Source of the DNA: Anthoceros angustus
Lineage: Eukaryota > Plantae > Anthocerotophyta
Assembly (NCBI GenBank): GCA_010909165.1
Contig: MU008159.1
Span: forward strand, 2,356,001-2,420,000
DNA: 64,000 bases
Reading direction: 5' to 3'
Both the position numbers and the translations under genes were made by a program. The notes under the pieces are model-generated. The model was not told where the DNA came from and did no database searches. It saw only the letters and a list, made by a program, of their open reading frames with translations. The first letter of the stretch is position 1. Every line of letters starts with the position of its first letter. Shown piece after piece: positions 23,300-36,892 of this stretch.

Positions 23300-25923
23300 G
23301 GGAGAGGCCGCCTCCAGCCTATGTCCAAGAATTGGCTGCCCCTGTGCAGCCAATCCCCCATGCACCTGCAATAGTAGCAAATGCCGGTGGCGTTCTCCCC
23401 CAATCCCATTCCAGCAGCGACACAGATGTTGAGTCCCCAAGAGACTCCACACTAATGTCGGATTCGTCAAGTGAGGCCGCCGTTGATGGAGGCCGCTCAT
23501 CAGACCAGGAAGATGGCGATGAATCTGATGCTGGGATTTTCCCTGATAATGGGATTGAAGTGACTTACGATCATGGCCCAATGTTTCCCGGTCTTCCTCC
23601 ACGTGCTACTGCCGCACTTGAGCTTGCTGGTCAGACTCCTCTCTGGAATGTCAGCGAACCCGAGAAGTCCTCCCACACTCGCCTTTCTGCCACTGTTTCT
23701 TTACTATTCATCCAAGACCGCTTCAAAATTTCCGACTCAGGCATGAGCGCCATCTTCGACATTATAGCAACTGGATTCCTCCCCAAGAAGAATTCCCTCC
23801 CCGACAGCCGGGAGGAGTCTCGCGTTATAATGATGGAGATTGGTCAGTCATCCGCCCGCATTCATGCGTTCCAGTTCGTATTCGATATGGCCTGTTCTCC
23901 TTATTATTCATAACTTGCCCCTAGCTTTGGCTACCAAAAAACACAGGCTCCTCATGCCCATTATCATTCCTGGGCCAAGGCAAGTGCAGAATATGGACGT
24001 GTATTTGGAGCCGTTGCTGACAGAGCTTGCAACCCTGTTCACGGGTGTCCCGGCTTTTGATTATTCCAAACCCCTAGGGAGCCCGGATCGGGCTTTCACT
24101 CTCCGGGCTGGTCTTTTGAATGCGACATGCGACTATCCTGGATTGGGAGCCCTTCTAGGGCTGCAGGTCCGAGGCTACATGTGTTGCATTGAGTGCGGCT
24201 CAAACCTCCAGCCAAGGTGGTCACGGGCATTGGATAAGCTAGTGTGTGATGGCCACTGCTCAAGTTTTAGCCGATTACGATAATCGGGAGTTCTTCAATA
24301 ATGAAATGGAGCATCGCATCATGCCACCCTCTGCGTCTGTCCGGGAGGTGTTTTCGGAAATGCAAAGGTGGGAAGGTGCTTTGGCCCAATCCGCATAGCG
24401 ATGCGTGGGTGTGCGGATGTCGATTTTCACATTTACCGTACCTCCACGGATATTCATAAAAATATGGTTAAGGACATCATGCATGTCGAACTGAACAACT
24501 GTCAAGCCCTTTGGAATGTCTTTACTGGTCAATGGGACACGCATAATGCTCGAGTTGATATGGAAAATGCAGACTCAAAGCCTTGGCTGTGGCTAGTTTA
24601 TGACAAGGATGAAGCTCACCTCCCCCCTGCATCATACTGCTTATCAAGAGAGGCTTTAGATGCTGTTAAAGATGAGATCTGCAGGATGAGACCACCAACA
24701 GGCTTCGGATCGAATCTGGCATCGTGCTTCAAGGGACCAAAAGTCAGACCTTAAAAGCCATGGTGGCATTTACTAATGCAATATTACCTTCCGATTGCCT
24801 TGCGAAGTCGTCTTAAAGACCCGGAGTATTCGGCTTTGTGTGAGCTCGCACTATAGTTGGATGTGTCGAAGTGCATATGTGTTGCGACATCCCGAATGAA
24901 GTCAAAGTTATAGACATCATGATTGAGCTTGAAAAATGCTGCCGCCACTTTTGGAACCCGATGCAGCACATGATCATCCATCTTATTGACTAAGTCGAGT
25001 CCCATGGTACTGTACATAGCAGATGGATGTATCCACTCGAAAGGCATATGCATGTACTCAAGCGATGCAAAAAAAGCCGGAGGGTAGCCTCGCAACGGGT
25101 TACTTATCAATGGAAAGCATGTTTTTGGCAGCTGATTATCTAGCCGCGTACGGCCATCAATTCAAGTACAGGACCCTTGACCCGGCGGGCCCATTGGAAG
25201 GCCCGGACCCTTCACTCTAAGCAAGGGGCGACCACAAGCGATTACATTGGTATACGGTGCAACATTCGGATGCATTCTGATCCTCGGATCGAGTTCAATA
25301 GGCGTATGATGGCGGTCTAAATTACCTTCAATGGCTTGAGGTGCATTCGATGGACAAATCTGCCACTATACTCGGATATTCGGGCATTGGTGGCTGGCCC
25401 GCGAATGACATTGGATGCATATCGTGCTTTAGAGGTCCGAGGCTATCATTTTAGAACAAAGGTAGCAGACCAGCACCGTCGTGCAACACAAGACTCTTGG
25501 GTGCATGGGCGTTTTGACATGGATGAAGGCTCAAGGGAATTCTCTGGCCAAATTGAAGAAATCCTGGAAGCAATAACTGACGACGGGACAGTGCGTACAA
25601 TTGTATTAAATGTGAAGTGGTTTGACTGTGACACTGCACGCGTGCCACCATCAATGCAGGTGGATATGAGTGGGTTCATGACTGTGGATACACGAAGGCC
25701 ATACCGGTATCACCGCGACATCCGAACTGGGCCGTTCACATTCCCTCGACATGTGACTCAAGCATTTGCGCATCCAGATTGGAGAGAGGGAAAACGGCAT
25801 TGGTACATCTCCGTTCCACGATGCATTGCAAGATGTCTCTGGAAGTCCGGTCACGTTGACACAAAATGTGTGCCAAACAACATAGGAGTGAATTCAAACC
25901 AGAACTTGAACTGTTTCTCATGA
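23300..25923 (+). pseudogene. CACTA/En-Spm TnpD-type transposase, copy 1 (frameshifted)
   Basis: FLPKKNSLPDSREES; IIIPGPRQVQNMDVYLEPLLTEL...FTLRAGLLNATCDYPG...GYMCCIECG; KDIMHVELN; RWMYPLER; ATQDSWV...FSGQIEEIL...IVLNVKWFD. Confidence 0.92.
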
Positions 25924-26682
25924 TCACAAAGGTCGAAGTGTTTGCTCACACAACAAGAAGTGTTCCAAAGTGAACCTACATCTAAACCACGAGCATGTCT
26001 TCCAACTCAAAACAGTGAACGTTCCCCCTCGGGCCAATGCCAAAAGATGTGTCCAAATGGCTTGTGAGCTACCCAAACAGGAAGTCTGAGCGTGTAAGCC
26101 CTCGCATCACCTCAACTCTCAAAGGCACATCGAAGGTTCTCAGTGCAAATAGGAAGGCATAGGTGCCCCCCACAGGCATATCCTACTTGTGACCGGTGCA
26201 ATGACAGTTGTGGTTTGGGAAGACCGGGGCACTCAGGGTCCTCCCCACCTCAGCGCACACTTATCACTTTGTCGTTTAAATGCGTTGGGTTTCGTCCCAT
26301 GAGACTTGTGTGAAAATTCGAGGCCTTGTGATCACCGATCGCTACCTGCAGCGACACAACTTCTCAGCCTTCTAAACAAGCAAGGCGCCACTACTCTCCC
26401 TCTCACTTGCACCACCGCTTGCCTGCTCGAAAAATGACCAATCCTCGACCTACAGCGACACAAAACAATTGCGAGTCTGCCTCGGCGAGGAGCCTATCAC
26501 GGGCGCCGGGGACCCCCCGTCCCACACGCGATTTCGTCCCTACTTAAGACCCTCTTCTCCACTCGGGGCGCTCTTTTACTTGCAGTTGGGATTAGTCCCT
26601 TAGGCTCTGCTTTGTGGCCTTCCACTAACACCTATACCTCTAATCCTCTACTCATCTTCTCATCTCCTCATCCTCTTCCTCC

Positions 26683-27630
26683 ACGTTACTCACGCCGCGC
26701 CAGGCTTCTTGGTCGAGACTCCTCTACGGAATGTCAGTGAACCGAAGTCCTCCCCACACTCGCCTTTCGCCCTTTGTTTTCTTTACTATTCATCAAGACT
26801 TCAAAATTTCCACTCGAGCATGAGCGCCATCTTCGACATTATAACTGGATTCCTCCCAAGAATTCCCTCACAAGCCGGTAGGGAGGAGTCTCGCGTTATA
26901 ATGATGGAGATTGGTCGATCATCATCGCATTCATGGTTGATTCGTTCGATGTAGCTGTTCTCCTTATTATTCATAACACTAGCTTTGGCTACCAAAACAC
27001 AGGCTCCTCATGCCCATTATCATTCTGGGCCAAGGCAAGTCTAGAATATGGATGATTGTTGGGAGTTCTTGTGAGCTTGCAACCACATTCACAGGTGTCA
27101 TCCTTTTGATTATTCAAACCCCTAGGAGCCGGATCGGGCTTTCACTCTCAGCTGAGTCTTTTAGATCGACATCGACTATCTGGATTGGGAGCCCTTCTAG
27201 GGCTCTGGTCCGAGGCTACATGTGTTGCATTGAGTGCGGCTCAAACCTCCAGCCAAGGTGGTCACGGGCATTGGATAAGCTAGTGTGTGATGGCCACGCC
27301 GTTGGGCACCATCGATTGATAGCGGCCCGCATTCGATAATCGGGAGTTCTTCAATAATGAAATGGAGCATCGCATCATGCCACCCTCTGCGTCGTCATGA
27401 GGTGTTTTGAAATGCAAGGTGGGAAGGTGCTTTGGCCCAATCACATAGCGATGCTGGCGTCAGGTGGGGTGTGAGCGGATATCATTTTTCTGCATTTACC
27501 GTACCTCCACGGATATTCATAAAAATATGGTTAAGGACATCATGCATGTCTTGTTGAACAATGTCAAGCCCTTTGGAATGTCTTTCTTGGTCAATGGGAC
27601 ACGCATAATGCTCGAGTTGATATGGAAAAT
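26683..27630 (+). pseudogene. CACTA transposase copy 2 (partial, internally deleted at about 27630)
   Basis: Duplicate of 23600-24570 that then jumps to sequence matching about 25900. Confidence 0.85.
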
Positions 27631-29113
27631 CAGACCGAACTTGAGGCTTCTCATGATCAAAGGTGTGTTTGCTCACACAACAAGAAGTGTTCCAAAGTGA
27701 ACCTACATCTAAACCACGAGCATGTCTTCCAACTCAAAACAGTGAACGTTCCCCCTCGGGCCAATGCCAAAAGATGTGTCCAAATGGCTTGTGAGCTACC
27801 CAAACAGGAAGTCTGAGCGTGTAAGCCCTCGCATCACCTCAACTCTCAAAGGCACATCGAAGGTTCTCAGTGCAAATAGGAAGGCATAGGTGCCCCCCAC
27901 AGGCATATCCTACTTGTGACCGGTGCAATGACAGTTGTGGTTTGGGAAGACCGGGGCACTCAGGGTCCTCCCCACCTCAGCGCACACTTATCACTTTGTC
28001 GTTTAAATGCGTTGGGTTTCGTCCCATGAGACTTGTGTGAAAATTCGAGGCCTTGTGATCACCGATCGCTGCAGCGACAACTTCTGCCTTCCTAAACAAG
28101 CAAGGCGCCACTACTCTCCCTCTCACTTGCACCACCGCTTGCCTGCTCGAAAAATGACCAATCCTCGACCTACAGCGACACAAAACAATTGCGAGTCTGC
28201 CTCGGCGAGGAGCCTATCACGGGCGCCGGGGACCCCCCGTCCCACACGCGATTTCGTCCCTACTTAAGACCCTCTTCTCCACTCGGGGCGCTCTTTTACT
28301 TGCAGTTGGGATTAGTCCCTTAGGCTCTGCTTTGTGGCCTTCCACTAACACCTATACCTCTAATCCTCTACTCATCTTCTCATCTCCTCATCCTCTTCCT
28401 CCTATTCTAACCTCGATTCGGGCTTCTTGGCCGACTGCCCTTACAGCTGGCGCACAGGGTCGGCCTCCACCAGCAAGTTCTTCCTTGGGCGGTTGCTATG
28501 AGTTTGACACCACTCGGCAGGCGCCACAGTCTTTCCACTGGTCTCCAGTGTTCCTGGGCATTTGCCCACACCCAAAGCAAAGCAATTTCACAACAACCAT
28601 TCACAAGAGCAACTCGTTTAGGCACTTGCGAGAGCAAGTCCTCCACCAAACACTCAGACCACCATGACTTCCTCTCTACGAATATGCGTTGGCTCACGGT
28701 AAACACGAAATTCCTCTGTAATGGCAAAGGACTCGATGAGGGTGGGCGCAAGACATGATACTTTACTTTGTGAAATCCTCCTCCTCTTATAGGAGGCCTT
28801 CCATACAACCTCCCTTGGTGACCCTGCGGTCACCTTTTCCAATTTCTATTATTTTCCTTGACATTTAATGGCACCTAATCTTATGGATTGGTAAATTCTA
28901 TTAACTTCACTAAGATCATCCTTAAAGGATGTCGATCTACACCCTATCCTTCCTATTCCTCCAAAAGCTCATTTATGGTCATTAGTCCTTATCTTCTTGG
29001 GGTGGTGACATGTCCCTTGTGGATTGGCTCCCTCGCCCTCCTTTGCTCTGTCCCTTCCCCGGATCTTGTCGCCTTCCTAATGTGTGGGGCAAGTACAATC
29101 CACCCCTTCCTCC

Positions 29114-31454
29114 ACGTTACTCACGCCGCGCCAGGCTTCTTTGGTCGAGACTCCTCTCTGGAATGTCAGCGAACCCGAGAAGTCCTCCCACACTCGCCTT
29201 TACGCCCTTTGTTTTCTTTACTATTCATCCAAGACCGCTTCAAAATTTCCGACTCAGGCATGAGCGCCATCTTCGACATTATAGCAACTGGATTCCTCCC
29301 CAAGAAGAATTCCCTCCCCGACAGCCGGGAGGAGTCTCGCGTTATAATGATGGAGATTGGTCGATCATCATCGCATTCATGGTTGATTCGTTCGATGTAG
29401 CTGTTCTCCTTATTATTCATAACACTAGCTTTGGCTACCAAAACACAGGCTCCTCATGCCCATTATCATTCTGGGCCAAGGCAAGTCTAGAATATGGATG
29501 ATTGTTGGGAGTTCTTGTGAGCTTGCAACCACATTCACAGGTGTCATCCTTTTGATTATTCAAACCCCTAGGAGCCGGATCGGGCTTTCACTCTCAGCTG
29601 AGTCTTTTAGATCGACATCGACTATCTGGATTGGGAGCCCTTCTAGGGCTCTGGTCCGAGGCTACATGTGTTGCATTGAGTGCGGCTCAAACCTCCAGCC
29701 AAGGTGGTCACGGGCATTGGATAAGCTAGTGTGTGATGGCCACCGCCGTTGGGCACCATCAGTTGATGACAGCCGCCGTTACGATAATCGGGAGTTCTTC
29801 AATAATGAAATGGAGCATCGCATCATGCCACCCTCTGCGTCTGTCCGGGAGGTGTTTTCGGAAATGCAAAGGTGGGAAGGTGCTTTGGCCCAATCACGCA
29901 ACGATGCGCGTCAGTGGGGTGTGAAGCGGATGTCAGCATTTTTCCTGCATTTACCGTACCTCCTGGATATTCATAAAATATGGTTAAAGGACATCATGCA
30001 TGTCGAACTGAACAACTGTCAAGCCCTTTGGAATGTCTTTACTGGTCAATGGGACACGCATAATGCTCGAGTTGATATGGAAAATGCAGACTCAAAGCCT
30101 TGGTACAGTTAGTTATGACAAGGATGAAGCTCACCTCCCCCCTGCATCATACTGCTTATCAAGAGAGGCTTTAGATGCTGTTAAAGATGAGATCTGCAGG
30201 ATGAGACCACCAACAGGCTTCGGATCGAATCTGGCATCGTGCTTCAAGGGACCAAAAGTCACCGGCCTTAAAAGCCATGACTGGCATTTACTAATGCAAT
30301 ATTACCTTCCGATTGCCTTGCGAAGTCGTCTTAAAGACCCGGAGTATTCGGCTTTGTGTGAGCTCAGTGCACTATACCGTTGGATGTGTCAGAAGTGCAT
30401 ATGTGTTGCCGACATCCCCCGAATGAAGTCCAAAGTTATAGACATCATGATTGAGCTTGAAAAATGCTTGCCGCCCACTTTTTGGAACCCGATGCAGCAC
30501 ATGATCATCCATCTTATTGACGAAGTCGAGTCCCATGGTACTGTACATAGCAGATGGATGTATCCACTCGAAAGGCATATGCATGTACTCAAACAGTCTG
30601 TACGGCAAAAAGCAAAGCCGGAGGGTAGCCTCGCAACGGGTTACTTATCAATGGAAAGCATGTTTTTGGCAGCAGATTATCTAGCCGCGTACGGCCATCA
30701 ATTCAAGTACAGGACCCTTGACCACGGTACGGAGCGGCCCATTGGAAGGCCCAGACCCTTCACTCTAAGCAAGGACGACCACAAACGATTACATTGGTAT
30801 CTGGTGCAACATTCAGATGCATTACAGTCCCTCCGGATCGAGTTCAATGAAGCGTATGATGGCAGTCTAAATTACCTTCAATGGCTTCAGGCAGGAATTG
30901 CCGCCTTCCGATGGACAAATCTGCCACTATACTCGGATATTCGGGCATTGGTGGCTGGCCCGCGAATGACATTGGATGCATATCGTGCTTTAGAGGTCCG
31001 AGGCTATCATTTTAGAACAAAGGTAGCGAGACCACGCGTGCAACACAAGACTCTTGGGTGCATGGGCGTTTTGACATGGATGAAGGCTCAAGGGAATTCT
31101 CTGGCCAAATTGAAGAAATCCTGGAAGCAATAGGCCGTGGCGGTCATTACAATTGTATTAAATGTGAAGTGGTTTGACTGTGACACTGCACGCGTGCCAC
31201 CATCAATGCAGGTGGATATGAGTGGGTTCATGACTGTGGATACACGAAGGCCATACCGGTATCACCGCGACATCCGAACTGGGCCGTTCACATTCCCTCG
31301 ACATGTGACTCAAGCATTTGCGCATCCAGATTGGAGAGAGGGAAAACGGCATTGGTACATCTGCACAGCCGTTCCATCTACCTGGGATGCATTGCAAGAT
31401 GTCTACAGACTAGTCCGGGTCACGTTGACACAAAATGTGTGCCAAACAACATAG
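29114..31454 (+). pseudogene. CACTA transposase copy 3; best frame 30033-31133 (DUF4218-type region)
   Basis: PPTGFGSNLASCFKGPKVTGLKSHDWHLLMQYYLPIALR...LEKCLPPTFWNPMQHMIIHLIDEVESHGTVHSRWMYPLERHMHVLKQSVRQKAKPEGSLATGY. Confidence 0.95.
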
Positions 31455-33039
31455 GAGTGAATTCAAACCAGAACTTGAACTGTTTCTCATGATCACAAAG
31501 GTCGAAGTGTTTGCTCACACAACAAGAAGTGTTCCAAAGTGAACCTACATCTAAACCACGAGCATGTCTTCCAACTCAAAGCGATTGACGCGTTCTCTGG
31601 GCCAATGCCAAAGATGTGTCCAAATGGCTTGTGAGCTACCCAAGCGGGAAGTCGGCGTATGGCCCTCGTATCACCTCAACTCTCAAAGGCACATCGAAGG
31701 TTCTCGATGGCAAATAGGAAGGCATAGGTGCCCCCACAGCAATGAGCATATCCTCGCCTGACCGGTGCAATGAGCGGGTTGTGGTTTGGGAAGACCAGGG
31801 GCACTCGAGGTCCTCCCACTATAGCCACACTTATCCGTGACCTTTGTCGTTTCAGACGTTGGGTTTCGTCCCATGAGACTTGTGTGAAAGTTCGAGGCCT
31901 TGTGATCACGATCGCCACTGCAGACACAACTTCTCAAAACAAGGCGCCCACTACTCCTCTCTGCAGTGCACCACTTGCACTCGAAAAATCACCAATCCTC
32001 GACCTAACGACAAAACAATTGCGGTGTCCCCGCCTCGTGAGGAGCCTATCACGGGCGCCTGTGGACCCCATCCACACCGCGATTTCGTCCCTACTTCTAA
32101 GACCACTCTTCTCCACCTGTGGAGCTCTTTTACTTGATTTGGGATTCGTCCCTTAGGCTCGCCTGTGGCCTTCCACTAACACCTACACCTCTAATCCTCT
32201 ACTCATCTTCTCATCTCCTCATCCTCTTCCTCCTATTCTAACCTCGTTCGGGTTTCTGCTCGACTCGCCTTACGGCACAACCGGGTCGGCCTCCACCGAA
32301 GTTCTTCCTTGGGCCGGCTATGAGTTTGACACCACTGACGAGCGCCACCTGGAGTCTTCCCTGGTCTCAGGAGTTCCCTGGCACACACACCCAAAGCAAA
32401 GCAATTTCACACAACCATTCACAAGGGGAGCAACTGCTTAGGCACTTGCAAGGAGCAAGTCCTCCACCAAGCACTCCGACCACCGCGACTTCTACTGACG
32501 TGTTGGCTCACAAAACAAATTCCTCAGAATGGCAAAGGACTTGAGGGTGGAAGCGCAAGACATGATACTTTACTTTGTGAAATCCTCCTCCTCTTATAGG
32601 AGGCCTTCCACATACAACCTCCTTGGGTGACCCTACCGCAGTCACCTTTTCCAATTCTATTATTTCCTACATGACATTTAATGTCGGCACCTAAGTCTAT
32701 TATGGTCCTTGGTAAATTCTATTCTAACTTCACCTAAGATCATCGAAGGATGTCGGGTCTACACCTATCCTTCTATTCCCCAAAGCTCATTTATGGTCAT
32801 TGACCATTCTAGTCCTTATCTTGGGGTGGTGACATGTCCTTGTGGATTGGCTCCCTCGCCCTCCTTTTGCTCCTGTCCCTTCCCCGGATCTTGTCGCCTT
32901 CCTAATGTGTGGGGCAAGTACAATCTGCCCCTTCCTCCATCTCGGGGCGCACCCCTCCCCTCCGCCCGCGCACCTAGGCGCCTTTTCTCCATCCCGCCTG
33001 GTCACTGCTCATCCGCACACCGTGTAGTCCGCGATCACT

Positions 33040-36000
33040 GATACCTACCATGGTAGTCTTCCATCTCCTTCCTTCCTTCCTTCTCCGCTTGAGGGTTTCT
33101 GGTCAAGATCTCCATTGCTCTTTGCCTCGCTTGATTTGTCCATACCTACCATAGAGCATCTTAAAGAGTCTTCATCCCCATTTGCCCCACCATGGATCTC
33201 CTTCCTAATCTCTCCGGCCTTTTCGTGGACTCCTCTCGGTCCCTTCCTCCTTACGAGGGAATTCTCACCCTTCCCCCTCCGACGGTCGGACCCCGCCCGT
33301 TCCTCCGGTGGGTTGTCTCCACCGCCTGCCTCCTCCGGTGTGGACCCCCCTTCATCTCCACCAGCCTCCCTCCGACTAACAGCTCGCATGCTGCCCACCC
33401 TAGTCCGCGATCACCCGAGTGGTGGCCTCCACGGTAGTCCGGCAGACTACTGGTAGGGTGGTCACCACCGTGGTAGGTGACCGTGAGGGTGGGCTGTCCC
33501 CTCCTTCTCCGCGCCTCCCACCTTGGTGGCCGCTCTCCGCCTCCCGACTCCTCGATTCCTGAGTCCATTTCGATGGCCTCATCAAAATCCCGAGGCCGCA
33601 CTTGTTGCGCCTCCTTATCATCATCATGAGGACCCAATGTCCTCCTCTTGGCCAAACGCAAGACTCATTGTTGGCCTTCAAGATCTTGTGGAGGTGAGCC
33701 CCAAGCTATATTGCATTTGGAGATCATCAATCTCCGTGGGCCACTCTCCATCTTCACACCTACCTTGTAGGCATCTCTTGAGGTGGTTAATTCCCCACCT
33801 TGACATGGAGGTTACATTCTCCTCCCTCACTTCCCACCGGGTTGGCTAATTCACTGAAGGGCATAGCCAAAATCTTCCTTCCTCACCACTAAGATTCTGC
33901 ACCACCTTCTTGTGGTGCTCCTCCTCTTGGAACCTCCTTGCCCAGTCGCTAATTCTTGGCAAGCCCCTCCTTCTCCTTGCCAAGCATTCTTTTCGCAGCC
34001 TTGGTCTTGAGCTTCTCCAGCCTCCTCCAAATTATAAGGGTCCTTCTCAATTCCTCTCCCATGTCCCGGATTTTGATGGCTTAGTAGCCATCACTGCTCT
34101 TGTGCCACTTGCGAGTCGCCCTTCTCCTTCCTAGTGCCTCCTTGCCCTCTTTCTTGCTCTAATTGGGCAAAATGCTCTTCCTTTTGCCTCCAAGAGTCCT
34201 TTTGGTTGGCCAATTTTGCGAAGGGCATAATCGCCAAAATCTTCCTTCCTCACCACATCATGCACCACCTTCTTGTGGTGCTCCTCCTCTTGGAACCTCC
34301 TTTGTTCCAGTCGCTAATTCTTGGCAAGCCCCTCCTTCTCTTGCCAAGCATTCTTTTCTCGCTCCAATTCTTGGTCTTGAGCTTCTTGCTCCGCGCTTCT
34401 CCTCCAAATTATCGGGTCCTTCTCAATTCCTCTCCCATGTCCCCGGTTTGATGGCTTAGTAGCCATCACACTCTGTCTTGTCACTTGGAGACTTCTCCTT
34501 CCTAGTGCCTCTGCCCTTTCTTTCTTGCTCTAATTGGGCAAAATGCTTCCTTTTGCCTCCATAATCCGTTGGGTTGTTGCCCGAATGGCTCTTTCTTGTG
34601 CGACAACTTCCCTTCGGGACCTTTCCGCCGTTGTTCTCACATGTGGAGCTTCTCCACCTTTCAACTTGGCTGCCTTTTCATCGGACTCCATGGCCTCCAA
34701 TTGCCACTTAGTCCCCGCTTCCTCCGGCCATGTCTTGAGATTTTCCTCTTGGCATGCCCACAAGGAGGCTAGGTCCCTAGCCCCTTCAAATCCACAGTGA
34801 GTGCTTCACAAGCACCCAAAGAATTCTCCTAGGGGTCCTAATTCCACCCCTCTGTCTTCTTGAAATTTCCAGCTCTCCGCCGCCGCCATCGGGCGCGGGT
34901 CCCTTCACCGCCGCTCCATCCGCTCTCCCACAGTGAGATGTGGCGCCACTCGCGCGCACCGCTTCCTTCCCTTCCCCGCCAGAGGGCTGCCCGCCACCGG
35001 CGGTGTGCCACTGCGTAGGGTGCTCCCTACGCGTAGTTTGCCTACCCACTAGGCCGATTACCTCACTGAGTCCGCCCACCCCTTGGGTAGGCCGCCTCCC
35101 ACCGGTAGGTGCCGGTGCCTCTTCGTAGGCACAAATGAGATGGTGGGGACTCCCCACCCTTGGGGCATCACCCCTCTGTGGTGGTTCTCCTCTCATACAC
35201 CACCATTCGGCCTTCTCGGCCTTCTTGTTCTTCTCTCTCCTTCCCTTGCCCCAAAAGATTCCCACTCCAACTTTGTTGCCCACATCTCCTCTTGCCTGCA
35301 GCTTGTGGAGTCGACCTCCCACCGCCTTCCAATGCAAAGGCAAGGCCTTTCCAACCCGGAGATGGATTATCTCAAAGGGATGCCATGCATCTTCAACTCC
35401 TTGCTTGTGAGAAGCCCCTTTTCCCACAAATGCACCAAATAGGTGCTAAGGTAGCAAGGCCGGCCTTCCTCATCCACGAATTTGGCTTGAGGAGCTTCTC
35501 GGTGGATGTAGGCCTCATACATGATAGTGCCCCAATCGGCTTGGCTCCCCTTGAAAATCTTCCACAAAATTGGAGGAAGTTGGTGAAATAAGAGGTCGTT
35601 GGTAATTTACCAACCCCAACACAATCTTTGCAAGAGCCTCCACTTGACTCCTTGATGCTCTCGGTCTTCCAGCCATTCTTGGCGTGGGCTTTCACTCCTC
35701 CATCCATCATGTCGAGGACTCTTGTGGATGTCGAGAGGGCAATCCTCTTCCCTTGCCTTCCTCTCGAGAGCAATTCGAGCTCTCTCCTTCCCTTCCATAC
35801 ACTGCGAATGCTCCTTACCAGGGATCCGTTCGAGCATTTCTCTGTAACGCAAGGGCTGCCTCGATTGATGGAGATTGATGAAACTCCTCAATCAATTCCA
35901 AATTGGTGTAGGCCATTGGCGGCCATACACCCATCCCAATTGGATGTTATCCTCCTCGCCCACCGAAAATCAACCAAATCCAGGGTTAAGCTGCCCGCAA

Positions 36001-36596
36001 AGCAAGTGAATTGGGGCATCTCGACCTCGCCTCCCGGCGCAGCCTCCGCTTCTTCCTTTCCTCCTCGCGAGGAAGAGCCCTTGCGGCTCCTTCCCTTCCC
36101 TTCCCTCGAGGCATGGTGCCTTCTCCCAAATGCTTCAAAGGAAGGAATTACTCTCCAATTTGTCTGAGGCTTGCTCTCAAGCTCCTTCTCCTTGTGCCAA
36201 ACCCCTCACGGGCACAATTCCCATTGGCTTGATGCGCTCACCTGCTGCCAATTTTCCTTCGATTCCTCTCTTTGGGCGGTGCCGATGGGTGGTCAGTCTC
36301 CTCCTTCACTCAATTTCTTCAACCTTGCGCGCTTCGCGTCCCTTTCGCTCGTCTCCTTCCAATGCTCGCGTTGGAGCTCCCTCCTCGGTGGCGCCACGCG
36401 TTTTCTTCTCTCTCCTTCCACCTGGGGTTTCGCCACGGCCTGCCTTCGCCCTCTTGTGGTGCTGAGGCGATGGCGCTTCTCCTTCTCCTCTTGTGTTTAC
36501 GCCCTCCACTCGTGGAGTCGCCCAAGAAGTTGGGGCCAAAAGCGCTTTGCCTCCTTTTGGATGTCCACCAGGCCCAACCCTAGATTGGTTCATCAT
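33040..36596 (-). mobile_element. Ty3/gypsy region 3' of integrase: degenerate extra ORF with coiled-coil repeats
   Basis: Lies directly after the integrase on the same strand. It has a DWGTIM...YLVHLW motif and an E/K/R-rich duplicated unit of about 365 bp (33855-34530). Confidence 0.55.
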
Positions 36597-36892
36597 TTCA
36601 AAATCCTATCTATCTAATTACCTACCCGCTATTACTCCCTAATTAGCTCTAATTATCCTATTTATATATTTCCCTATTGGTGAGCATATATAGTGGATAT
36701 CCCCTATTCTAATTTCCTTTAGCCGAGATCAACCTACCGCGGTAGTCCGCCACCACCGCTGGTCCGCTCCTTCTCACCATCGGTGTGTGGCAGCCTACGG
36801 CGGTAGTCCGCCACTACCAACCTTCTTGACCGCCTCCCGCCTCGTCCGGGGTCATTTTGACCCGTTCTTCTTCGGGATATCCTTTTCACTTC

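Larger units (their letters stand above)
23592..32938. repeat. Three-copy tandem amplification of the CACTA transposase plus downstream unassigned block
   Basis: Junction microhomology (t)cttcctcc at 23592, 26674, 29106 and 32931. The downstream block recurs at 25930-26680, 27640-29105 and 31480-32940. Confidence 0.9.

Noticed and set aside
31480-32940. Possible gag zinc knuckle, protease or LTR in the block downstream of the CACTA transposase
   Set aside because: There are only weak hints (CFGCG-like codons and a TATA-like ctataagagg on the minus strand); no consistent frame or LTR boundary could be established.
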